Part shown: positions 7,310 through 15,584 of the stretch, in pieces | How the letters are laid out: the number at the start of each line of letters is the position of its first letter | How positions within the stretch are numbered: the first letter of the stretch is position 1 | NCBI GenBank assembly: GCA_903789525.1 | Contig: CAIFER010000002.1 | Coordinates: forward strand, 62,000 to 125,999 | Source: an uncultured Aeriscardovia sp. | GTDB taxonomy: Bacteria; Actinomycetota; Actinomycetes; Actinomycetales; Bifidobacteriaceae | DNA: 64,000 nt | Direction of reading: 5' to 3' | Program-made: the position numbers and the translations under genes | The notes under the pieces: generated by a model | What the model was told of the DNA's origin: nothing | The model's input: the letters and a program-made list of their open reading frames with translations, nothing else | Database searches by the model: none

Positions 7310-9820
7310 CTACTGGTTTCCTTGTTCGCCAGAAGACGTGCTGTTGTGGTTTTCGCCGTTCGTCGAGGAGTTTGATTCGTTACTCTTGTCGCTAGACTGC
7401 TGCGGCGTAGTCGGTTGCTGCTCACCCGATTGATTGCCCGCGTTATTAGCGTTATCGGCGTTATCCGTACGGGATTGCGAGTTTTCCAGAGCAGCATTCG
7501 TTCCTTGGTCCGTTTGAGAATTCGGCGAAGTGCGGCGCTCATTTTCCTGCTCAGAATACTGACGGCGTTCTCTCCATTCGGTTTGAGGGTATGTGCGTCT
7601 GCTTTCAGAACTGAAATCCCGTCCTGCTTGACCAGCCATCGAATACGCGGATGAGCCGTAACCCAAGCCCCATGTTCCATTTGGTCCGCCGATACGTCCT
7701 TTATCTGTGGCGAGCGGGAATGTCTCGGCTTTAGCACCGCGATAGGCAGATCGCGCATAGCGGACGAAGAGTTGCTCCGGGTATTGGCTTTCTGCAAGTC
7801 CTGCGATCCTGAACGGGAGCTTGGCTGGCGAACCTTTCTCATTGACGTTCCAAACGGCAAAGACCGTTGTGAGCGAAGGCGTTGAAGCGACAAACGAGTA
7901 CGCGGTCTGATCGTTTGCGGTGCCAGTCTTCGCGGCAAATTCACGGCCTAAACCTGCGAGTTGCCGACCGGTTCCGTGTAGCACGACTCCGCGCATCGCT
8001 TGAGCAACGAGCTGCGTATCTTGCTTGTTGAACACGGTCGTCCCTGATGTGGGGGCTTGATACAGCTCCTTGCCATCCGAGTTCTTGACCGACGCGACGA
8101 TATGTGGCGTATGCCGTACTCCGCCCGAAATAATCGTTGCGTGCGCATTGGCCAGTTCGAGCGCGCTGACGGAATTGATGCCGAGCGTGTTATACGGGGA
8201 GCTAGCGTCGATCTTGTCAGTGATGCCAGCGTTCTTCATGGTCTGAGCGGTGGATGCGGTACCGACACACTCGTTGAGATCCACAAAAACGGTGTTGACA
8301 GACTGGTCGAGCGCTTCGTACAGATTGATCGGCCCGAAGCTTTCGTTTCCGGAATTAGCAACGGTTGAGACGAGTCCAGGGAATCGGCGCGGCGAATTGC
8401 CATTGAAAACTGTGCGTGGGCTTGCTCCTTTGTTAATAGCGGTCAGGAGCGTGAACGGTTTCATCGTTGAACCAGGCTCAAAGTGTGCTTGCGTGGCATT
8501 GCTATATTGATGCTTTAAATAATCGTCGCCCGCGTACAGTGCCTCAATAGCGCCCGTATGTGGATTGATTGACGCTGCACCCTGCTGTGCAGACTGTGGC
8601 AACCCCGCTGGCCGCGTCGAGGCAATCTTCTGCATTGCATCTTGCTTTGCCTTGTCGATAGTCGTGCGGATCACGTAACCGCCCGTTTCCACTTCATCGG
8701 CGGTGAACGCTTTCGATCGCGTTAGCTCGTCGCGAACCATCTGCAGGATGTACCCTTTTGGCCCTTGGTAAATGTTTGATGGCCGATACGTGATCGTACG
8801 TGGGAAGTGTGCGAGGGCGGTCTGACGCTGGGCTGCACTGATCTTTTTGTCCTCATACATAATTTTGAGGACACGCTTGTAACGCTTGAGGGCAAGGTCT
8901 GGATGAACAGCTGGATCCCACACGTTTGGTGCCGGAATGATGCCAGCGAGCAGTGCCGATTGCTCGAGTGTGAGCTGCTGAGCATTGACGCCAAAGTAAT
9001 TTTGCGCAGCAGCCTGAATTCCGTACGCATCGCGACCCAAATAAATGGTGTTGAGATAGTTGCACAGAATTTGGCTCTTGTTCTGTGTCTGCGAAATCTT
9101 GAGGGACAGGATTGCCTCGTGCAGTTTGCCGAGATATGTGTCCGTTTGCCCGAGATAGTAGCGTTCGGCGTATTGCTGAGTGATCGTGGAACCGCCTTGG
9201 CGCGTCCCCTTCGTCACATTATTGAGTGCAGCACGGGCGATTCCGCGCAGATCGATGCCGTTATCCGTCCAGAATGTGCGATTTTCAGAAGCGACGACCG
9301 AATCGCCGACATACGTGGGCAGAGCCGTACAACCAATAATCTTGCGGTTTTGCTGGGCGAGCGTCCCGACTGGAGTTTTCCCGTCGCTGTAATAGATCGT
9401 CGTTTTTTGTGACAGCGCAATGCTGTCCGGTGCTGGAACCTCAATAGTCGCGTACAGCCATGCAAAAATACCGATCCCGGCGAGAACGAGGATGAGAAAG
9501 ATAATGCCGATAGCTTTCCAGAATGGATGTTTGCCGCGGTGCGGATGGCGTGAGTAGCCCGGGTCGCCTGGTCTCAGACGGTGTGAGATGTGCTCTCGAT
9601 GCTCTGGCTCGTGATATTCGGGTCCCCGATACTCAGAATTCCACGAGGGCTGTTCAGCGTACGAGCGTTCGGTAAAGCGTTGGGATGCTCCGTAGCCTGA
9701 TTCGCGATAGCGTGAACCGGTTGACCGACGACGCGACTGACGCACTTCTTTTCTCACGTTGCGCGTCCCCCACGTTGACGGCTGCCGACGTGATCTCTGA
9801 TTGCTCCTGTACCTGGGCAT
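7310..9820 (-). CDS. Class A penicillin-binding protein (glycosyltransferase + transpeptidase)
   Basis: GT51 motifs ENRTFWTDNGID and RQGGSTITQQ. Transpeptidase motifs STMK (SxxK), SVN and KTG. One TM helix follows a basic roughly 110-aa N-terminal tail. Confidence 0.9.
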   Translation of the reverse strand: MPRYRSNQRSRRQPSTWGTRNVRKEVRQSRRRSTGSRYRESGYGASQRFTERSYAEQPSWNSEYRGPEYHEPEHREHISHRLRPGDPGYSRHPHRGKHPFWKAIGIIFLILVLAGIGIFAWLYATIEVPAPDSIALSQKTTIYYSDGKTPVGTLAQQNRKIIGCTALPTYVGDSVVASENRTFWTDNGIDLRGIARAALNNVTKGTRQGGSTITQQYAERYYLGQTDTYLGKLHEAILSLKISQTQNKSQILCNYLNTIYLGRDAYGIQAAAQNYFGVNAQQLTLEQSALLAGIIPAPNVWDPAVHPDLALKRYKRVLKIMYEDKKISAAQRQTALAHFPRTITYRPSNIYQGPKGYILQMVRDELTRSKAFTADEVETGGYVIRTTIDKAKQDAMQKIASTRPAGLPQSAQQGAASINPHTGAIEALYAGDDYLKHQYSNATQAHFEPGSTMKPFTLLTAINKGASPRTVFNGNSPRRFPGLVSTVANSGNESFGPINLYEALDQSVNTVFVDLNECVGTASTAQTMKNAGITDKIDASSPYNTLGINSVSALELANAHATIISGGVRHTPHIVASVKNSDGKELYQAPTSGTTVFNKQDTQLVAQAMRGVVLHGTGRQLAGLGREFAAKTGTANDQTAYSFVASTPSLTTVFAVWNVNEKGSPAKLPFRIAGLAESQYPEQLFVRYARSAYRGAKAETFPLATDKGRIGGPNGTWGLGYGSSAYSMAGQAGRDFSSESRRTYPQTEWRERRQYSEQENERRTSPNSQTDQGTNAALENSQSRTDNADNANNAGNQSGEQQPTTPQQSSDKSNESNSSTNGENHNSTSSGEQGNQ

Positions 9821-9827
9821 AGGCGGA

Positions 9828-9833
9828 ATTATA
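9828..9833 (-). promoter_or_regulatory. Consensus -10 hexamer TATAAT 7 nt upstream of the PBP start codon (leaderless candidate)
   Basis: The minus strand reads TATAATtccgcctATG and has no Shine-Dalgarno sequence. Confidence 0.4.
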
Positions 9834-9941
9834 CTAGCCAGATTTGTTCATAGATTGATGTTTCGAATTGTGGCAGTCGACAGCATATTAAAGCAGATGC
9901 GTTATTGTGGTTCCATAACCATGAGATGGGAGAATGTCGTG

Positions 9942-12089
9942 ATGCAGTCACAAACGCAGCACACGTCACAGCCAGCTTCGTCCGATTTATCAGCTTTGCC
10001 AGCTCGCTCCTCTGCTTCTGCGCGCTCGTGGTGTCGCAAACATCATGACCCCTCTCAGCCGTTTGCAGCCTGGATCTACATCATTCTCTTCCTCGTCTGT
10101 GATTTTGCCGCACTCCAGATTTTGCAGTGGTCGGTGTCACTCCACCAGCCGTTTGATCGCTTTTGGTCGTTCATGTTTATGCCATTCACCACACAACCGC
10201 GGCGCTACACGTGGGTGCTGAACATGATTGTGATCGGGGCGATTTACTTCACGTTCGTGCTCCTGATCAACCGTTTTTGGATCTCCACGCCCGTCTTTAT
10301 GACCATCGTTATTATTTGTGCGGTGATCGAGCGCATGAAAGTCAGTGTGCGCAATGAAGCGATTCTACCGTCGGATTTGACGCTCGTCGGCGGTGGGAAT
10401 GCTAATAACCTCACCGATTTCATTCCACGCAATTCGGGTCCGATTATCGTCGCTGCAGTGTTGGGCGTGATTGCAGTGTGCACGATCTGCGCGGTGTTGT
10501 ATCGCATTGACGGAAGCCCTGCAGCACTCTTCTCACGCCGTTCCTTCGCGCGTTGGCTCGGTCATACGCCGATTGCCCGTCGCGCTGCTCGTATCGTTGC
10601 GCAGGCATTTTCTGTGATCGCGATGGGTGGCATCGTGACAGCTTTCGCGCTCGCGTTGGGGACATCCGGCACGTGGGCGCACGGGTTCGCTGTCCAGCTC
10701 GGAGATCAGCCGCATTTGTGGGATTCGATTATCGATGCGCAGGGAAACGGCACTGTCATTGGGTTTATGCGGTTCCTGCACATTAAGGTCATGGATGAGC
10801 CGCACGGGTACAGCGAGGCGACCATGAAATCGATTGCTGCCCGGTACGAGCACAGAGCCCAGCAGATCAATCACACGCGTAACAACAACTTGTCCGACAC
10901 GAATGTAATCGAAATCCTGTCAGAATCGTTCTCCGATCCCACGCGCGTACCAGGTCTGAAGGTCAATAAGGATCCGATGCCGTGGATTCGCGGTCTGAAA
11001 GGGCGCACGACGTCCGGCTATATGGTCAGCTCTGGCTACGGTGGGGGCACTGCGAATCTGGAATTCCAAGCAGTGACGGGCCTGTCGCTCATTAACTTCA
11101 GCCCGTCGCTCACGTCGCCGTATCAGCAGCTCGTTCCGGGCATGTCGTGGACACCGACGTTCAATCAGCTGTGGAATCAGGCTGGTGGCACGTCACTGGC
11201 CTTCCATCCGTACGCAGCGCAGATGTATTCGCGGTCGACGAATTACAAGAAGTTCAAGATCTCGAAGTTCTGGGCGTTGCGGGGAACGCCGTATAAGATT
11301 CATCCGACGACGCATATTGATCGCAGCCCGTATGTGGACGATCGCTCAGCATACACAGCTGTGCTCGATCAGTTAAAGGCTCGCGCTACAGCCAATCCGC
11401 GTCAGCACAACTTCTACCAGCTTGAGACGATGCAAAATCACATGGACTACAACAACTGGTACGCACACAATGAATTCCAGGTCTCGTCAAAGCCGGCGCT
11501 TCAAAGTGTAGATGAGAAGACGCAGATTCGGACGTACGCGAAGGGTGTGGAGTACACCGATCAGGAAACGCGCGATTTCTTGAACGAGCTTGACCGACTG
11601 AATGTGCCGGTAACGGTGATTTGGTACGGCGATCATTTGCCGGGCATTTACAACACGGCTTCGCAGGATTCGCGGAATTCCTTGGCATTGCATGAGACCG
11701 ATTACTTCATTTGGTCGAATAAGGCTTCACATGTGAAGACACCGAAACTGTCGAAGAAGATCGCCCAGTATGCTTCGCCGAACTTCTTTATGGCGATGAC
11801 GGCTGCTCAAACGGGTTCGAAGGTGTCACCGTATTTGGCGTTCCTGACGGATCTGCACGAGCAAATCCCTGCTATGGAACCGCCAGTTGTCAACGTCTTG
11901 CAGGATTGGTATCGCATTCCGAAGGGTAATGCACTGTATGTGAATGCGGATGGTCAGCGTATTGAACCAGATCGCTTGACTGCACGCCAGCGTCAGCTCA
12001 TGGCCGACTACCGTCTCATCCAGTACGATATTTGCGCCGGCCATCACTATCTGCGGTCGACCGATTTCATGCAGGTACCGCACCAGTAG
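9942..12089 (+). CDS. LTA synthase family / sulfatase-like phosphoglycerol transferase membrane protein
   Basis: N-terminal TM helices precede the motifs ILSESFSDP, GGGTANLEFQAVTGL and WYGDHLPG. ATG 9942 follows GGGAGA, and the longer ORF-track start is unlikely. Confidence 0.8.
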   Translation: MQSQTQHTSQPASSDLSALPARSSASARSWCRKHHDPSQPFAAWIYIILFLVCDFAALQILQWSVSLHQPFDRFWSFMFMPFTTQPRRYTWVLNMIVIGAIYFTFVLLINRFWISTPVFMTIVIICAVIERMKVSVRNEAILPSDLTLVGGGNANNLTDFIPRNSGPIIVAAVLGVIAVCTICAVLYRIDGSPAALFSRRSFARWLGHTPIARRAARIVAQAFSVIAMGGIVTAFALALGTSGTWAHGFAVQLGDQPHLWDSIIDAQGNGTVIGFMRFLHIKVMDEPHGYSEATMKSIAARYEHRAQQINHTRNNNLSDTNVIEILSESFSDPTRVPGLKVNKDPMPWIRGLKGRTTSGYMVSSGYGGGTANLEFQAVTGLSLINFSPSLTSPYQQLVPGMSWTPTFNQLWNQAGGTSLAFHPYAAQMYSRSTNYKKFKISKFWALRGTPYKIHPTTHIDRSPYVDDRSAYTAVLDQLKARATANPRQHNFYQLETMQNHMDYNNWYAHNEFQVSSKPALQSVDEKTQIRTYAKGVEYTDQETRDFLNELDRLNVPVTVIWYGDHLPGIYNTASQDSRNSLALHETDYFIWSNKASHVKTPKLSKKIAQYASPNFFMAMTAAQTGSKVSPYLAFLTDLHEQIPAMEPPVVNVLQDWYRIPKGNALYVNADGQRIEPDRLTARQRQLMADYRLIQYDICAGHHYLRSTDFMQVPHQ

Positions 12090-12092
12090 GAA

Positions 12093-12154
12093 GTACACAT
12101 CAGTCAGCACGTACACGCATGTACACATACGTACACAGTGAACCCGTAGTGAAC
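12093..12154. repeat. Four GTACAC motifs (three at a 10-bp period) followed by two AGTGAAC motifs (11-bp period)
   Basis: GTACAC occurs at 12093, 12111, 12121 and 12131. AGTGAAC occurs at 12137 and 12148. Confidence 0.6.
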
Positions 12155-12248
12155 GTGAGCGCTTGCCATCCGTTGGTCGCTGTAAACTAAATGGGTTGCG
12201 GTGTACGCCGGCTCTCTGAAAGTTCGGTCGCACGCCATTTGCAGCACA

Positions 12249-12295
12249 TCCTCCTGTCACGGAAGGTCCGTGACCTGTAAGACCGAAGGAGGTGG
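12249..12295 (+). promoter_or_regulatory. rpsF 5' leader structure that can sequester the Shine-Dalgarno sequence
   Basis: CCTCCT (12250-12255) is complementary to AGGAGG (12287-12292). The two flank an 8-bp hairpin, GTCACGGA/TCCGTGAC (12256-12274). Confidence 0.5.
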
Positions 12296-12298
12296 GTG

Positions 12299-12595
12299 AT
12301 GTCTGCACACAAGTATGAGCTCATGATGATCGTGGATCCTGAGATCGAGGATTCGAGTGTCAGAAAGCTCGTGGAGAATTACCTCAAGGTCATCACTGAC
12401 GGTAAGGGAACCGTTGATAAGAATGACTTCTGGGGTCGTCGTAAGCTCGCGTACGAGATCAATGACAAGTCTGAGGGCGTGTACGTCGTGATCGATTACA
12501 CGTGCGAGCCAGCAGTTTCTGCTGAGCTTCATCGTCAGCTGGGCTTGGATACGTCCGTTCTGCGCACCAAGATTCTGCGCCGCGACGCAAAGTAA
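12299..12595 (+). CDS. rpsF: 30S ribosomal protein S6
   Basis: ATG 12299 follows GAAGGAGG. The N-terminus HKYELMMIVDPEI is typical of S6. Confidence 0.95.
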   Translation: MSAHKYELMMIVDPEIEDSSVRKLVENYLKVITDGKGTVDKNDFWGRRKLAYEINDKSEGVYVVIDYTCEPAVSAELHRQLGLDTSVLRTKILRRDAK

Positions 12596-12658
12596 GTTTC
12601 CAAACCGGCTATTTCAGCACGCTGAGAAGTAATTCAACAGTTCAGATCAGGAGCAGGT

Positions 12659-13267
12659 ATGGCAAACGAGCCAGTGATTACAGTCGTTGGGAATTTGACG
12701 GCTGATCCCGAGCTGAGGACAGTCGGCTCCGGCAATCAGGTTGCGGATTTCACCGTCGCTTCGACGCCGCGCACTTTTAATCGTCAAACGAATCAGTGGG
12801 ATGATGGAGAGCCGCTGTTCTTGCGGTGCTCTGCATGGCGTGAAATGGCGTCAAACGTCCAGGCGAGTCTGACGAAGGGTATGCGCGTCCTGGTGACTGG
12901 CAGGCTGACGACCCGCTCTTATCAAGCAAACGATGGTTCAACACGTCAATCTCTTGAGTTGCGTGTTGATGATATCGGTCCGTCTCTGCGCTTTGCAACT
13001 GCACGCGTCACGAAGAACCAAGGCGGTAGTCAGTCTGGATATTCAGGCTCACGGTCTGGTTACTCGGGCGGTTACAGCGGTGGAGCAAATGGCGGTCGTC
13101 CATCCGCTGCTTCACAACAGTCTGGATTGCAACAAGGTAGCCCGGCAGGTAATCAAGCCGGTAGCGGAGATGCATGGGGAAGCTATGCGAATTACGGTGG
13201 GTCGGATGACGGCTCGCCGACGTCGGGAAGCTTCGGTGCATCCGGTACTGATGAGCCAGCGTTCTGA
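12659..13267 (+). CDS. ssb: Single-stranded DNA-binding protein
   Basis: OB-fold N-terminus ([14 protein letters not shown]), a Gly/Ser-rich tail, and an acidic tip DEPAF. Confidence 0.95.
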   Translation: MANEPVITVVGNLTADPELRTVGSGNQVADFTVASTPRTFNRQTNQWDDGEPLFLRCSAWREMASNVQASLTKGMRVLVTGRLTTRSYQANDGSTRQSLELRVDDIGPSLRFATARVTKNQGGSQSGYSGSRSGYSGGYSGGANGGRPSAASQQSGLQQGSPAGNQAGSGDAWGSYANYGGSDDGSPTSGSFGASGTDEPAF

Positions 13268-13310
13268 AATCTGAAGAAATTTAGCTCACATCATCTGAAA
13301 GAAGTGAAAA

Positions 13311-13559
13311 ATGTCACGTAAGAGGCCACATCCACCAGTAAAGCCGTTTAAGAAGAAGCCAGATCCACTGAAGGCCGCAAAGATCACCACCATCGATTAC
13401 AAGGACGTTGCGCTGCTGCGCAAGTTCATCTCTGATCGTGGCAAGATCCGTAGCCGTCGCATCACCGGTGTGTCAATTCAGGAACAGCGTCAGCTCGCTC
13501 GCGCTATCAAGAACGCTCGTGAGATGGCTCTGCTGCCGTACACCACGAACGGTCGCTGA
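13311..13559 (+). CDS. rpsR: 30S ribosomal protein S18
   Basis: [26 protein letters not shown] is an S18 signature region. Confidence 0.95.
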   Translation: MSRKRPHPPVKPFKKKPDPLKAAKITTIDYKDVALLRKFISDRGKIRSRRITGVSIQEQRQLARAIKNAREMALLPYTTNGR

Positions 13560-13573
13560 AGGAGGAGAGAAGT

Positions 13574-14035
13574 ATGACGAATAAGCAGACGAAGCTGATT
13601 CTCCGTCAGCCTGTCGCAAATCTCGGCCAGAAGGGTGACGTTGTCACCGTCGCTGCCGGTTATGCGCGCAATTTCCTTCTTCCGCAGGGTTATGCAATGG
13701 CATGGGATAAGGGCACTGCTCGTCAGATTGAGGCAATGCAGCGTGCTCAGCGTGCACAATCGCTCGCATCCCGTGCAGACGCTTCTGCGCTCAAGGAGAA
13801 GCTCGATGGCATCACGGTCATCGTTTCTGCCAAGGTTTCTGAGTCTGGCAAGCTGTTCGGTGGTATCTCTGCCGATCAGATCGTTGCAGCTCTGAGCGCC
13901 AAGGGCATGAGCGTCGATCCGAAGATGCTCACGTTTGATCCGATTCGCAAGCTTGGAACGTTCAGCGTAACTGCCAAGCTGCATCCGGAGATCTCTGCGC
14001 AGTTCAATGTTCAAGTTGTTAAGGAAGGCAAGTAA
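13574..14035 (+). CDS. rplI: 50S ribosomal protein L9
   Basis: N-terminus KLILRQPVANLGQKGDVVTVAAGYARNFLLP is typical of L9. Confidence 0.95.
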   Translation: MTNKQTKLILRQPVANLGQKGDVVTVAAGYARNFLLPQGYAMAWDKGTARQIEAMQRAQRAQSLASRADASALKEKLDGITVIVSAKVSESGKLFGGISADQIVAALSAKGMSVDPKMLTFDPIRKLGTFSVTAKLHPEISAQFNVQVVKEGK

Positions 14036-14086
14036 TTTCGTTTTTTCTCAAGCGGAATTACGCCTAACTGTCTGTTAGTTCAAGCC

Positions 14087-14134
14087 AAAAATCCCCTCGC
14101 TGCACTGTCAATGGTGTAACGAGGGGATTTTTTA
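14087..14134. terminator. Bidirectional intrinsic terminator between rplI and the tautomerase gene
   Basis: AAAAATCCCCTCG ... CGAGGGGATTTTTT, with an A-run 5' and a T-run 3' of a GC-rich stem. Confidence 0.75.
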
Positions 14135-14162
14135 TTGCGATTGTTTTTATTTGCGATTGTTT
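14135..14162. repeat. Direct repeat TTGCGATTGTTT x2 (16-bp period)
   Basis: Copies at 14135-14146 and 14151-14162, in the gap between two convergent genes. Confidence 0.5.
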
Positions 14163-14222
14163 ATCGCACTCGTGTAGCCAACAGCGTTTGGCTTTTATGT
14201 CACTGGGCTGGGTCAGAGGTTG

Positions 14223-14573
14223 TCAGAAGTTACCGCCGTTCCAACCCCAGTCAGGAGAGGCGATCTCGCGAACGTACATTCGGTTCTTCGGGACGCCGAG
14301 CTCTTTATTGATTGCGTCCTGAATCGTGGCAGAAAGCTTCTCCCAATTGGCGCGTGGAATCTGCCCGGTGGCATATGCATTCACCTCGATGAATGCGACC
14401 GGCTGATCGTTCGTACCGCCAAAGTACATCGGCTTGTTGTCATCGAACATGCACATCAGCCAGAATTCGGACTTGCCTGGCAGGTCTGAAATAGCTTGAC
14501 CGAAGATGGACTTGAGATGTTCACGCTGTTCTGCACTGATCTTTTGCGTAGTATGCGTGATGATGCACGGCAT
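14223..14573 (-). CDS. MIF / phenylpyruvate tautomerase family protein
   Basis: ATG 14573 follows AAGGAG. Met-Pro N-terminus (MPCIITHT), MYFGGTNDQP and a C-terminal WGWNGGNF parallel the MIF architecture. Confidence 0.8.
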   Translation of the reverse strand: MPCIITHTTQKISAEQREHLKSIFGQAISDLPGKSEFWLMCMFDDNKPMYFGGTNDQPVAFIEVNAYATGQIPRANWEKLSATIQDAINKELGVPKNRMYVREIASPDWGWNGGNF

Positions 14574-14710
14574 AAAGGTCTCCTTTGCTCGATTCTGATT
14601 TTGTTGTGTTTTCTGATCCGCTGTGAGAGCGGATCGACGTTTTCCTCTATTGTATTTTGCCAGCGATGGCGTGATCTGTGTTGGCATAGGGCAGGAGGAC
14701 TGGTAAAACT

Positions 14711-15556
14711 ATGATCATGACGGACAAGAAGAAGACGAGTGCAAACGAGCATCAGTTGCCGGCGTGGGCTGCTCACATGAATCCGTTCGTTCGGCACGTG
14801 ATCATGCAATTTCTCGGCTTTGGTGTAGTCGGATTTGTCAGCTTTATCATCGACTGGGGTGTTTTGAATATCCTCGTTGACGCATTCCACATGAACCCGA
14901 CGGTCTCAGGAACGATCTCGTTCCTCATCTCTCTTATCTTCAACTACATCGTCAGCATGCAGTATGTGTTCGTCCATCGCGCGGACATGGCTCGGTGGAT
15001 GGAGATTCTGATTTTCCTCATTTGCTCGGTCATCGGATTGATCATCAATAGTGGCATCATCGCGCTGATGACAGAGCCGCTCCTGCGCTCAGGCGCGAAG
15101 CACGGAACGGTCGTGCTCATGACGAATGTCGCTAAAATCGTCGCCACGATTATCGTCTCTGTCTGGAACTTCTTCTCGCGCAAGTTCACAATCGATGCGC
15201 CGCGGACAGGGCATGAGAATGACAATACGTTTGCCCATCGCATCGGTCTCTGGTCGTTGACACACGGAATGAGCCCGTGGAATCCGCCGATGCACATGAG
15301 CACGAGTGCGTCCGTGATGGTGGGCTCGTCGTTCCTTTCGCAAGCTCGTTTGCCAGCTGATCCAGTCAGTCTTCCTCTCTTCCAGTTGCGGCGAGCGCTC
15401 GGTGAAGATCCAGCTCAAGCTGCGACGCATGCGGCCGTGCAAACACGTGGCATCTCGCGGAAGCATTCGGATCGTCAGCAGGCGATGCAACAAGTAGGCA
15501 AGCTCGTCGATCAATTTTTGGCAAGTCAGCCGTCTTCCAGCAAATCCGTGAAATAG
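14711..15556 (+). CDS. GtrA family membrane protein with a roughly 130-aa C-terminal extension
   Basis: Four TM helices are arranged as in GtrA-like proteins (FLGFGVVGFVSFIIDWGVLN...WNFFSRKF). The tail has no motif I recognise. Confidence 0.7.
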   Translation: MIMTDKKKTSANEHQLPAWAAHMNPFVRHVIMQFLGFGVVGFVSFIIDWGVLNILVDAFHMNPTVSGTISFLISLIFNYIVSMQYVFVHRADMARWMEILIFLICSVIGLIINSGIIALMTEPLLRSGAKHGTVVLMTNVAKIVATIIVSVWNFFSRKFTIDAPRTGHENDNTFAHRIGLWSLTHGMSPWNPPMHMSTSASVMVGSSFLSQARLPADPVSLPLFQLRRALGEDPAQAATHAAVQTRGISRKHSDRQQAMQQVGKLVDQFLASQPSSSKSVK

Positions 15557-15584
15557 TTTGTTGACGGGCTGGCGAACCGAGGAT

